Assembly (NCBI GenBank): GCA_015680685.1
Contig: MNCI01000738.1
Span: 276,908-340,907, forward strand
Length of the DNA: 64,000 nt
From: Gnetum montanum
Lineage: Eukaryota > Plantae > Gnetophyta
Direction of reading: 5' to 3'
In this document: positions 1 through 11,158 of the stretch, in pieces
Position numbering within the stretch: the stretch's first letter is position 1
How the letters are laid out: each line of letters begins with the position of its first letter
Notes under the pieces: model-generated
What the model was told of the DNA's origin: nothing
The model's database searches: none
What the model saw: the letters and a program-made list of their open reading frames with translations, nothing else
Made by a program: the position numbers and the translations under genes

Positions 1-1979
1 AGACTCCTGTAATCCTATTTATGACAAGCATCGAATCACCCCTAATCACCAGGTGTCGAACATTGAGTTCGCTAGCAGTTAGTAATCCCCTGAGGAGTCC
101 CTTGTACTCTACCACGTTGTTCATACAGGGAAAGGTCAAGCGATAAGCGTGAAGACACACATCCTCAGGTGATAGCATAATAACTATAGCGACATTGCCG
201 CCTCTAACAGTTGAAGCACCGTCGAAGTACAACGTTGCTTCGAGGCCTGTTAGGATAGGGCTTAAGCTATGTACATGTTCATCCAGAAATTCAGGCTCTA
301 TGGTTTCCTGACTGTCAATAGGTGATGTGACCAATTGGTCAGCTATCGCTTGGCCTTTCGTGGAAGATTGGCCAATGTAATGTAGGTCGAATTCTGCCAT
401 GATAGCTTTCCAATGAGCTATTCTGCTACTTTTGTATAAGTTATGCGTAATGGCCCTAAGAATATTATTTTTATAGATGATGTTGACATGGCTACGAAAA
501 AGATAATGTATACACTTCTTGAGCGTAAATACTAACGCTAAGTAGTTACGCTCTACTTCGTTGTACCTCGTTTCATACGCACATAGAGCATGACTCAAGT
601 AGTAGATGGGTACTTCCGACCCATCATTCCTCCTTTGACAGAGTAACGCAGCTAAGGCTACGTCTGAAGTTGCGAGGTATATATAAAATGGTTGATCCCT
701 TTGTGGCAGAAAAACTATTGGCAAGCATTGAAGCTCTTACTTCAAGCTATCAAACACACGCTGACAATCGTCTGTCCATTCGAAATTAACCCCCTTTTTA
801 ACCAAATGTTGTATAGGGTGTAGCTTGTCAGTTAATCTCAAGATGAATCACTTGATAAACTGTAACCTTCCCTGTAATCCGTGTAATTGCTTAAGACTTG
901 TAGGGGGTGTCTGTTCAACAATGGCCTTGACTTTGTCAGGATCTACGCATATGCCAGTTTTCGATACAACAAAACCTAGCATGCGTCTGGTTTTGACTCC
1001 GAACACACATTTTTTTGGGTTGAGTCGGAGGTCATATTTAGAGCATCTTTTAAGGACTAACTCCAGATCCTCTAAATGATCTTCTGACTTTAATGACTTA
1101 ACAACTATATCATCAATATAATCATTTAGTCTCCCTAGGAGGTAATCCCTATACATGTATGTCATGGCTCACTGATATGTTGCTCCGGCATTTTTTAAAC
1201 CAAAAGGCATCATGGTGTAACAAAAAAGTTCCCCAAGGAGTCATAAATGTCGTTATTAGCTGGTGCTCTGGATTAATGCATATTTGGTTGTAGCCTGAGA
1301 AGCCATCCATGAAGGACAAAAGCGCATGTCCAACGGTTGTATCTACCAATTGATCGATACTCGGCAATGGTAAGTTATCTTTGATTGTAGCTTTGTTCAA
1401 GTCCCGGAAGTCTATGCAGATGCGTATTCCTCCAGTCTTTTTAGGGACCACTACAATGTTAGATACCCAATCTTAGTAATCAACTGCGTAGATAAAACCT
1501 GCCTGGTACAGTTTAGTGATTTCATCACGTACTGCTAGCGCGACTTCTAGTTTGATCTTTCGTGCTTTCTATCTAATGGCTTTAATATGGGGATCTAGGA
1601 TTATGTTGTGTTGAATTAATCTCGGGTCTAGTCCCGACATATCCTCGTATGACCATGCAAACACCGTGATGTTATTCTAGAAAACCTATTTTATGTCATC
1701 ACTTACCTTTTGATCTAATAGAGAACTAACCTTGAGAGTTTTAGTCCCACCCCTATACATAACCACAGAGACCTCGTTGAGTGGATCTTCGGTTACATCC
1801 CCAGCTTCTAGATCTAGCGTGCACGTCGATTGCTCTGGCCAGTCTAGAGATGTTTCCGACATGGCTATGATTGCGTCATTAAGGGCTAGGTTAGTTTCTA
1901 TTAATGTGGGATCAAGCTGTCTAATGATTTCACCATGTGAGCTTGCTAAAACTAGCGGTGCAGATAAAATTTCATCCAT
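1..1979 (-). pseudogene. pol: pol (RT - RNase H - aRH) of Tat-A, with stops and frameshifts
   Basis: RT motifs VPKKTGGIRICIDFRDLNKA, LSFMDGFSGYNQI, YIDDIVV, LRLNPKKCVFG. RH region ~420-720. aRH at ~1-240 reads LYFDGASTVRGG...FPCMNNVVEYKGLLRGL...LVIRGDSMLVI. Confidence 0.93.
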
Positions 1980-2314
1980 CTGTCAATTATCCTCCAAAAT
2001 TGTCAAATAGGAGAGTAATTAGAAAGATACTAAGTTCAATGTGATAAGTGCTTAACGAATAACACTTAGTTTAGTGTACAAGATGTGACGTGGCGTTACT
2101 GAGCGTAAAGCCAACTGAATTTTAAATTTCACGAACAGCTTATGATTAATGAGACCTGATTACGAGGAGATAAGATATAGTAGTTTAGGGTCATTTCGGA
2201 CTGTAATGCGTGCGATATCTGATGCAATTAATGCCTCAATCCTCAGGTTCCAGCTCACACCAACATTAAGGCAAGTCTCGCTGAAATTGGGTATCAAGTC
2301 GGTTAAATTTTGCA

Positions 2315-2322
2315 TATAAGTA
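2315..2322 (+). promoter_or_regulatory. Putative TATA box of the antisense gene
   Basis: TATAAGTA ~150 bp upstream of ATG 2471. A TGACGTGGC (ABRE/G-box-like) motif lies at 2086-2094. Confidence 0.4.
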
Positions 2323-2470
2323 AGCAGTTTTCCTTTAGAACAGGCTGTTTGCTATCGCGAATTTGAATTCTTAGCTGTTACAAAGAGAAAGGAGGAGGAG
2401 CAGAAGACTGGAGTGCATTGTTTGCAAAGGCGTGAAGGTGCGAAAGTGTGAAGGTGTTAGAGCTGTAACA

Positions 2471-5400
2471 ATGGAACCTAAATTGAGAGGGAAGAATGCA
2501 AAATTAGCCAAGATTGACGAGGTGCAAGGGAGCGTGTAGCGTGCATCGCAGGCAATGGTCGAAGTTAGAGACCCTACGCCTTTGAATCGGTAGGTCATCC
2601 CTTGCTTATTTGTGTTACTTTTGCAATGTTTATTCTTGTAGCGTCATCCAGGTAAATTAGAATTTTAGACTATAGACCTCACGTTAGCACGAGGGTTTAT
2701 ACACTAGGATCGCGTCTATCGTCGTTGTCAGGGACAAACCTTGTACTGTTGCAAGGGTTTAGGCGATTTTGACATGAATAACTAAGCGTAATCTATAGAT
2801 TTTCTATATTTTAAGCATGCAAATATGAATCTAGAAATTGATGTGTTTATTGTTTCCTCTATACAATATCATGTTAAGACCTGTCCTAATCTTCTTAGAT
2901 ATAGTTGGGGTTTTATGCTGTGTAAACCCAATCGTACCTAATGTGCCTCCCCCTCAGACTCGGTTGCATGGGAAGGCCATATGGTTTCGAAAGGGTGCGT
3001 TGGAGTTTCTGCAATTTTTACTGCATAACTACAGTGTCATTGTATGGTCACACCTGTCTAGAGATGTTGCCGGCGCCATTCTGGAGCACCTGTTAGTGGG
3101 CTCTACGCAGGGGATTCTGGCTTTCTTGACAGATGGGGCCATCGACACTGGTCATCCCCAGGACCGCGAACTTAGCACCAGAGGATTGAGGTGCTTAAGT
3201 TGGATATGGAAAATGGCTCAGTTTAGCTGTTACCACACATACAACACTTTGTTCGTGGCCCGTCATGTCTCGACTGCCTTCCAGAACCCACCAGGCACGG
3301 TGTATTATTTAGGGGGTAAGTGATTTTATTGATGGTATTGTTATTATATGTCTATTTTCTGAAGCATAAGACAAACGTATGGGATATGGTACAGGTTTTT
3401 TATCCATGAGAACAAGTTAGTAGGCAATGGTGATACCTTAACTTGGACTAAAACGACAATAAAGGCGTTTACCTCTACCAGCAATGTACGTGCTGGTGTA
3501 ATGGGGCAGATCGACTTTGACCTTCATGAGTATCCCACCTGTTATGCTGATGCTTTCGAGAATTGCCAGAATCTCAGGTGGCTACATGACGATTGGACTT
3601 TGGATCCTCCCCTTACCATTGCGAACGTGCAGAGGAAACTTCCTCCATTTCCTTTGCCATTTGGACCTGGTAAAACTGCTGCATATTCTATTGTTGCATG
3701 GTATAATTGTGAATTGTGAATGTCGCATAATAGTATTTTTTGTTTTGACATGTGTCTTGCATTTTTTAGTTAGGAAATCCTGGGAGATTACCCTTACAAT
3801 TTCCAACCGTGAGGCGAATACCCTTTTTCTTCGCTATGGTGACATCAAGGAGGCACAGCGCTGGCTCAGCCATGCCGTGACCCCGGTTGCGGTGGTCACC
3901 AAGCAAGGCTAATGCACTTATTTTTGGCCGTAACCCCTGATGTCCCTGCCAGTGAAATGTTAACCTTGGTCAACTCCTTCAGCGAAAGGGCTGAGCGCTT
4001 TTGTACGCGCGTGCATCACGTACGTGTATATTTTGATATTGATGCCTAGCTTTTTAAAGACCTCTTTGGCATCCCCTCCGATGGCCTTCCTAGAGAGGAA
4101 AAGGCGAAGAGGAGCCTTGCTTTCCAGGAGTTGCTGGAGGAGTGGTTAGGGGCCAAAAAGGAGCCTAAGGGGATCCCTTGTGAGAGGATTGAACTAGAGA
4201 TTGCCAAGATGATTTATTCCCTGTTCTGGGCCCAGGCTTTCCCCAAAACACTCTCACAGGGGAAGTTCTTTTCTATAGAACAGACCCGCATCATGCGGGA
4301 GGTTATGGAGGAAGGGATCCAGTTCAACTGGGCAAGCTATTTTGCTAAGGGATTACGCACTGAGATGATCAGGCTTCGCCAGAAGCTTGATTCCTGTTTC
4401 AACGTGCATTACACCTTCTTCATAGCTTGCCTTCGGCATTTTTCCGAATTTTTGATCATCCAGAGGAATAGGGTTTGGGTACAGCAAGACTGAGATTGGC
4501 TATCCAAACCTTGGATTACCCACATTTTTGGCACTCCCCGTGGACAGGATCCCCCAGAAGGGATTGACGAATCTCTGTCTATAACGACAAGGGATTTCGC
4601 AGCATCTCGAGTGCGAGGTCCCAACAGCGTAGGTGGGGTGATGTCCACTTACACTGACGATGCCTCGTGAGGGAAACGCTTGGTGGTAGAAATTGTAGAG
4701 CCTTTAGCTCGGTGTAAAAGGCTTCGCTTGGTCAAGGCCCCTGTGGAGCCTAGGAGTGGCACAGGTCGAACTATGCAAGTCAGAGTTCAGTGGAGTAAAC
4801 CTCCACCTGGTAAACGTAAAAGAAATGTAGTGAGAGTTATTGTATTACACAATTTTTATTTAAGATATTTTGAATTGTCTAACTATGTATGTGATATGAA
4901 CAGCGAGACCTACGGAGTGATTGACCCCTGAAACAGGGGCAGTGATATTAAGCCATGGGGAAGGGGCCCTAGTTTTGGAAGAAGAGGCCCCAGCTGTTAG
5001 GACTAATGATGCATAGACCATTGTGCATGAGGAGAGGGAGGAGGCGGGTATTGTTGACGCACTCCCCACTGTAACAGGCAGAGGTGGTAAGTGTATTGGA
5101 TGTTTTGAGGTGTTTTTTTAGTAATTATGACTTCTAACTAAATTACGTTACAGGTGAAGAAGATGCATACACGCCCGCCTCTATAAGCAGAACATGGAGA
5201 GAGTTTCCTGACAAATTCGCCTTCATGGAAGGCGTTGTCAGCGATATGATCGAGCACCTCAAACGTGTCGATCCTGGAGCTGGTATGTTATAACTATAAT
5301 AGGTTTATTTTATCAGAAAGTGGTAATGTTTCACTCATATTTATTATGTTTACTATCAGGAGCTCGCCTTTGATGGAACCCAACGGAGCCCATTGATTTG

Positions 5401-6488
5401 GACATAGTGGGGCCTCCATCTGATGGGGCGGTCGTGCCACGCAGCATTTATGAGGAGATGCGTAAATGTGCGTTACGCTCGACTCGCTCCTTGTGGGAGA
5501 GTAAGAGTGTCAATGAAGACCTCTGGAAAAGGCTGCAGAGGTTAGAGAGGGAGAAGGAGTCTCTGGCCAAAGAGGTCGAAGACATAAAATCGCGATGCGA
5601 GTTCCTGCAGGCATGGGCAACGAGTGATGAGGACTGGCGCACAGCTATGATTGACTACTCTCGCTATTGGATCGTAATCAGGAACAGTGTGCAAACCAGT
5701 CAGAAGTTGGTGAAGCAGCGGATGCAAATAGAGTTGTTATGTCAGAAAAGCCAAGACTGGAAGGATTTATGTGCAAGTGTGCAGGAATGGGGGCAAAAAG
5801 AAAAGGATCACAAGCATCTGTATAAGCGAGAAAGTGTCGCTTATCGTCAGCATTACCGTGATTCTGTCGTCGAAGCTCAAACCTTGCGAGTATTCCTTGA
5901 TGTCATTGGTGCGTCTAAAGCTTTTGAGAGGTTCCAGGAGCAGGTGACAGTAAGCGCGTCACTGGAAAGAGAAATGACTCTTCCCTGGAGCGAGACTACT
6001 ATCCCTACTTTCTTCCCTGATCCGCCTCATTGGACTAGTGTGGAAAAGGGGAAGGTAAAGGTTGGAGCTACTCTGGGGAACGACGTATGGTCTGAACTAA
6101 TGGAAGATGAGATTATGCAGCGTCTATGGGTTGGTTTAAAACAGCTCCCTTTTGCTACGAAAGAAGGACCTTTGCGAGTAAGTTTAAACATTATTGCATC
6201 TAAATTTTTCTGATTATGGGGTTAAGTCTTTGCTAATGTATTTGCTGTATGCAGATACAAGAATTAGAGGGCGAAGGTGAACAGGGTGAAGAACGAGCAG
6301 AGGAAGAGGAGCGTGATAGCAAAGAGCATCCTCTTGTGGAGCCGACATCGGAACAAGGACCTCATGGGGATGGCATTCCTCACGAAGGAATACCTCCTAA
6401 GAAGGACAGCCCACTTGAGGACGATTTGTTAGGCTTGGAGCCCGACTTAAGGGATACGGGTGATAGTGGCACCAGTGGGGATGCGTAA
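2471..6488 (+). pseudogene. Antisense multi-exon accessory gene inside Tat-A (FCP1/NIF-like domain + PMD-like domain + coiled-coil + acidic tail), decayed
   Basis: Predicted exons ~2471-2589 (uncertain), ~2874-3315, 3395-3669, 3770-4809, 4904-5086, 5154-5282, 5360-6177, 6255-6488. Introns are short, AT-rich and GT..AG. The last five junctions join in frame. Premature stops are TGA/TAG, and 1-nt frameshifts fall near 3315/3396 and 3908. Confidence 0.85.
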
Positions 6489-6685
6489 CTATGACTTACG
6501 CATGATTTTATTGACTGGAATTGAACAATAGTTATATGAATATTGAAAAGACTAGCATTAAGATATTCTATATCATTTTAGATGCTATTTATTTTATTTT
6601 TTATTGGTTTTATCTCTCGATTTGCAATGCGTAAGTGTAATTGTTAAAAGTTTTGAATAATTTACGTTGTTGTGAAATAGAATTG

Positions 6686-6902
6686 CTAGTTTAAGGCCAT
6701 CGCGGGCCATCGTGTAACATTTTCATAAGATATCAATGAACTAGTTTAAGGCCATTGCGGGCCATGGCTAGTTTAAGGCCGTTGCGGGCCACAACTAGTT
6801 TAAGGCCGTTGTGGGCCTTGGCTAGTTTAAGGCCGTTGCGGGCCACCACTAGTTTAAGGCTGTTGCGGTCCTCAACTAGTTTAAGGCTATCGCAAGCCTA
6901 CT
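6686..6902. repeat. 27-bp tandem repeat CTAGTTTAAGGCCGTTGCGGGCCnnnn
   Basis: Six contiguous copies start at 6741, 6768, 6795, 6822, 6849 and 6876; a detached copy starts at 6686. Confidence 0.95.
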
Positions 6903-7129
6903 GCGTAAGTTTGGAAGCATAATTGATAATACCATAGATTTTTGAGTAATTGAACTAAAATGATCAAAGAGCGTAAATAGCGTATATGAAGAAACGTGAA
7001 TGGCGTAATGAATAGCAAGTGTAAATATATATGAATATATGAAAGAAGATGGACAATGCAAATTGCTAAGCGTAAAAGGAAAAATTAGTAAAGATGTAAA
7101 AATGCGCATAAATACCATTCAGATCGATC

Positions 7130-10100
7130 AATCACTAATTCGTAATTGTTTCTTTATGGCCTTTATGCTCAGTGGTGCATAAGGACGGGAAGGTTTGCAG
7201 TCTGACTCTTCTACACCACCATCCTAAAATGGGAGTTCGACCTAGGCTAGACTATCATCGTTCGTTTCGGTTTGTTTAGGAATTCGGGGATAGGTCTGAT
7301 CGTCCGATGTTTCTATCTCCAAACCCCGCTCTTCCTCGACATTGTTGATAGTCCTGGGGGTGATTTCGTCACCACGTATTACAACCTCTCTCCCTACGTA
7401 GGGTAGGTGTATTTCCTTATGGATTGGTGACGAAACCACCCTTAGTTGTGCTAGCCATGACCTCCCTAGAATCAAGTTGAACCCGGGCATCTCCTTGACG
7501 ACAAGGAATGTGGCATCCGTTGGGAATTGATCCCCTGCCACGAATTTGATGCACACCATCCCTTTGACCTGAACTTGTGCTCCATTGAACGACTTTATGC
7601 ACGTTGTCATTAAGGGACTGATCTGGTTAACCAGACCAAACCTATCCACGATGGGATAAGGAATGACATTTATAGCTACGCCATCGTCCACGTGCACCCT
7701 ACGGATCCAGTATTGACTGACCCGGATGGTGATAAACATGGGTTCAGTTGTCACTTGACCTTTCTCAGGATCATCTTTGATGGATTCATCATGAACGGTC
7801 AACAAGATAGGCCTAGGCCGCTCAACATCTGAGGGAAACATGACAACGTGTATCGCTTCCTCCTCCGCTGGTAAGCTTTCCTCCACAGGTATGGATGTTA
7901 GCATACGGACCATGGCCTCACGGTCTTTTTGAGATGTCATGAGTAGGTCATAGAGGCTCAGCGTTGTGTTTTTTTGTTTCAGAGCCTGTTTGACCTACGT
8001 AAATACGTCGAGCAAGTCCCGTTCTTTGCTGGCTTGTTTGTCCCCCCTGTCTTCTTCCATCTGCCCCAAGAGACGGATCTCCCAGGGTGGAACAGCATCA
8101 GTCGGAGGGTTGTTCTTTTTCTTGGCGAGGGTGGATGGTTGTGTTTTTGCACCCTTATCCTGCCCAAGAGGCGCAGACGAAGGAACAAAGGCCAAATGTT
8201 TGGGCCTAGCGAAGCCTAGCGTAAGGTGATTTTTTGCGGCATTACCAGACGCCTCCCCTTCCTTTTGTTTATTAGGTGATGTGTTAGAGGCTTGCCGCTA
8301 CGTAGAAGGGGCAGCTGATGATTTTGGCACCCTAAGAATGAAAGGCACCTTAGGCGTGGGCGCGGACATAGCCGCGGCTTTACTGTTACTGGGAGGTTGA
8401 GTTGAATCTAGAGAAGGCGCCCGAATGATGAAGGGTGGCCTTGAGGCATCTTTAGCTACCGGTGAAAAGCTTGTCCCCCTTGGTGAGTTGGTAGGTACAC
8501 CAAAAATAAAAGGTTGTTTGTGTGGTACTTTCCTCTCATTGTCTGTACTCACCATGTTGATCGTGTAGGGTGCGTTGTTTGCATTCAACGGATCCTGGTA
8601 CACGTGCAATGCTTGGTTTTTCGAGCATGTTGGACTACTACCGTTTAGTTTCAAATGACCATCATCGATCATGCATTGAATGTTGTCTTTCAATGCCCAG
8701 CAGTAATCTGGGTCATGACCACACAACTGGTGGTAGTCACAAAAATCATCCAGCCTGAAAGACCTCTGAACTGGTGGTTCGTCAGGTAGGGCTAAAGAAT
8801 GATTCTTTAGCAGTTCACAATGACGTCTGTGATGCTTCAGAGCTTCCTCGGATACCTTCTTAGGCTGAATGTATCCTGCCCCTAATAATTTTTTTAACAG
8901 TTCTGAGTGTTTTACAGACAGGGCTATATACTTTGAGCGATCTTTACGCTCAAAGTTTGGTTTTAACTGGGGGGATTTGTAGGAGCAGCTGTGCCTTGAC
9001 TGGTGCTGCTCGCACTAGCCATGGTCTCGGGTGATGGTGTAGGTGCCTTTTTATTTTTGTTCTTTGTGCCCTCAGCCAGTGCAGCTACTATCGTTGTCGT
9101 CGCTTTACCTTTGTCTTTGCCCTTGTTGTGAGCATTTTTGTAGGCGACACACGTCGAGTCCTTGCTAGCCTCCGCAGTGTCCTGAATGCTTTTGGTCTAG
9201 GAAAAAGCCTGATGTAAGGAGCTGGGGGAAAGATAATACAGCTTAGATTTGATAAAATCGTTAACTGCTCCTTGGAATATGGCTAGCAAATGGGCCTCCA
9301 CGATTGGCTCACGGATTTCATTCAAAGTAGTAGTCCACCGCTATATAAACTTTTGGACTAGTTCGAGGGGGTCTTGTTTCACTCCCATAAGTTGATCTAA
9401 CGTGACTTTCGGCTTTAGGTTGTATTTAAAGTGGGTCACGAACTGTGTCAAGAGCTCTTCCAAGGTTGAGATGGAAGAGCGAGGGAGGGCTCGATACCAA
9501 TCCAAAGCTTTCCCTGTTAGAGACATAGCAAAGACATGGATAATCGTGTGAGGCCACTATTGTAACAACAAGGATTCAGATCTAAAGGTGACCAAGTGAG
9601 CGTTAGGATCTCCCTCCCCATTATACTTGGTAAAATGAGGTAAGGACATCCTTGGGGGCAATGACAGCATGGGGACCGTTGGACTAATGGGATCATCTTG
9701 ATAGAAGTCCATGATCTGTATAGTGTCTGAGCCAGCGGCCTTAAGGCGTCTAACCTCCTTGGTGAGGGTTTGAATAAGTAAGAATGCTTGATCTAAGCTT
9801 ATAGATGAAGATGCTTGAGTAGGGGGAGCAGGGGGTTGAACCGAAAGAGCTGTGCCAGGGAGTGGAAATGGAGGAATGGGTTGACTGGTAGGTGGTGCAG
9901 CGGGGATCCCCGCGGACGAAGCTACCTGAGAAGACCACCACCCACTGGGTTGCGCAGAGAGATTAGCCACCGCTGGCTGTGCGGGATAGGGATAGGGATA
10001 TTGTGGGATCATCTGCGGAATATGCGTTGCAGGTGCAGCCAAGGGTTGCATACCATATACCGCAGACTGGTTATGTTGTGCCGTGGGGATGATCCACTAA

Positions 10101-10876
10101 CTCACGATGGGCTGTTGTATGGATGTCTGTGGTTGAACGACGGCTATGATCTGTTGGGTTGGAGGGGGTGGTAGCGATAAAGTCTGCACCGGGCAAGTTG
10201 TAGATATGGCATGAGGTTGGATCTGAGGGATGAAATAAGGCACGGTGGATACTGGGACCACTGACGGAATGCTGATTACGCATGGTGATGAAACCGCCCC
10301 CATGTTATTTTGGGGTATTTACACCTGCAGCCGAGATGGCTGTGTAGTGGCTTGTGGGACAACAGGAACGTGAGTTTGTGTGGTCACGGCGGGATTAAGA
10401 TGGGAGGCTTCTCTGTTGAGAGGGAATAAGGGATTTATGTAGGTATGGGGGCTCAGAGTGTGATATGAATGTTCAGATTGGGCTGCAAATTCATCATCCT
10501 CTTCCTCCCCATTCTGGGATTCCAACATAGCTCGTGTAGCCTGGCTCCTAGCCATGACCAACTGTGTTATAATTTCGTGGTGATGTTCTGTTAAAGGAAT
10601 AATGTCGTAGGCTGTTGGGGTAAAATCCTGACCCCCTCTATGGATGAGCTCAAAGTTTCTTTTTGCTTCGATCTCGGCTCGACTAAGGGCAAGCTTTGCC
10701 TAGATCTTGACGCATATGAAGTTATATTCCTCAGGCGTCATGATGGTGAAAATAGGGTCTTTGCCCTGTAGTCTCAATGACCGACGCGATGGTCCCTAAG
10801 GTTCTACAACACCAGAGGCTGGTCGGGTGATGGCGATAGGGTTTACAGATGTGGCACCCGAGTCAGTGGTAATCAT
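7130..10876 (-). pseudogene. gag: gag-protease of Tat-A
   Basis: ATG 10876 in GCCGCCATG context; Pro/Gln-rich N-terminus; FTKYNGEGDPNAHL and SLTGKALDWYRALPRSSI capsid motifs; Tat-type knuckle FCDYHQLCGHDPDYCWAL; protease RVHVDDGVAINVI...FNLILGRSWL. Mostly one frame, broken by TAG/TAA stops. Confidence 0.92.
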
Positions 10877-11134
10877 GGCGGCTGTGGTTGTGTATGCAGA
10901 ATCCATTGAACCAGTGGGTTAATGACAACGAGTGACTAGATCTAAAAGACGATGGACAAAGAAGATCGCTATTAGGCTTTCTACCTTGTAGGATTCCAAA
11001 GGAATCGTTATTGTGACCGATCTACACTGCACAATATTTCATAAACTTCCCTGGAGGTATTACGTTCACATTTTTGGAGACGCGGGTATAGATCGCTAAC
11101 AGGGCTACCCGTAAAAATACGAATCAGAGCCTAC

Positions 11135-11152
11135 GCCCTCCTTCTAGCGCCA
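11135..11152 (-). other. Primer binding site complementary to the 3' end of tRNA-Asn
   Basis: Minus strand TGGCGCTAGAAGGAGGGC, 6 nt after the LTR-terminal ...TTACA; matches the plant tRNA-Asn 3' end CCCTCCTTCTAGCG-CCA as I recall it. Confidence 0.85.
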
Positions 11153-11158
11153 GAAAAT

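Noticed and set aside
2471-6488. Ordinary host gene
   Set aside because: It lies between the PR and RT halves of one element and carries stops like the element's own. Capture from a host ancestor remains possible.
6686-6902. CRISPR-like look of the 27-bp array (and of the 45-bp array at 14241)
   Set aside because: The units are tandem repeats with homologous rather than unique spacers, there are no cas genes, and the context is eukaryotic TE DNA.
7966-10174. Plus-strand and alternative-frame ORFs overlapping gag
   Set aside because: Shadow ORFs of GC-rich gag with no recognisable motifs.
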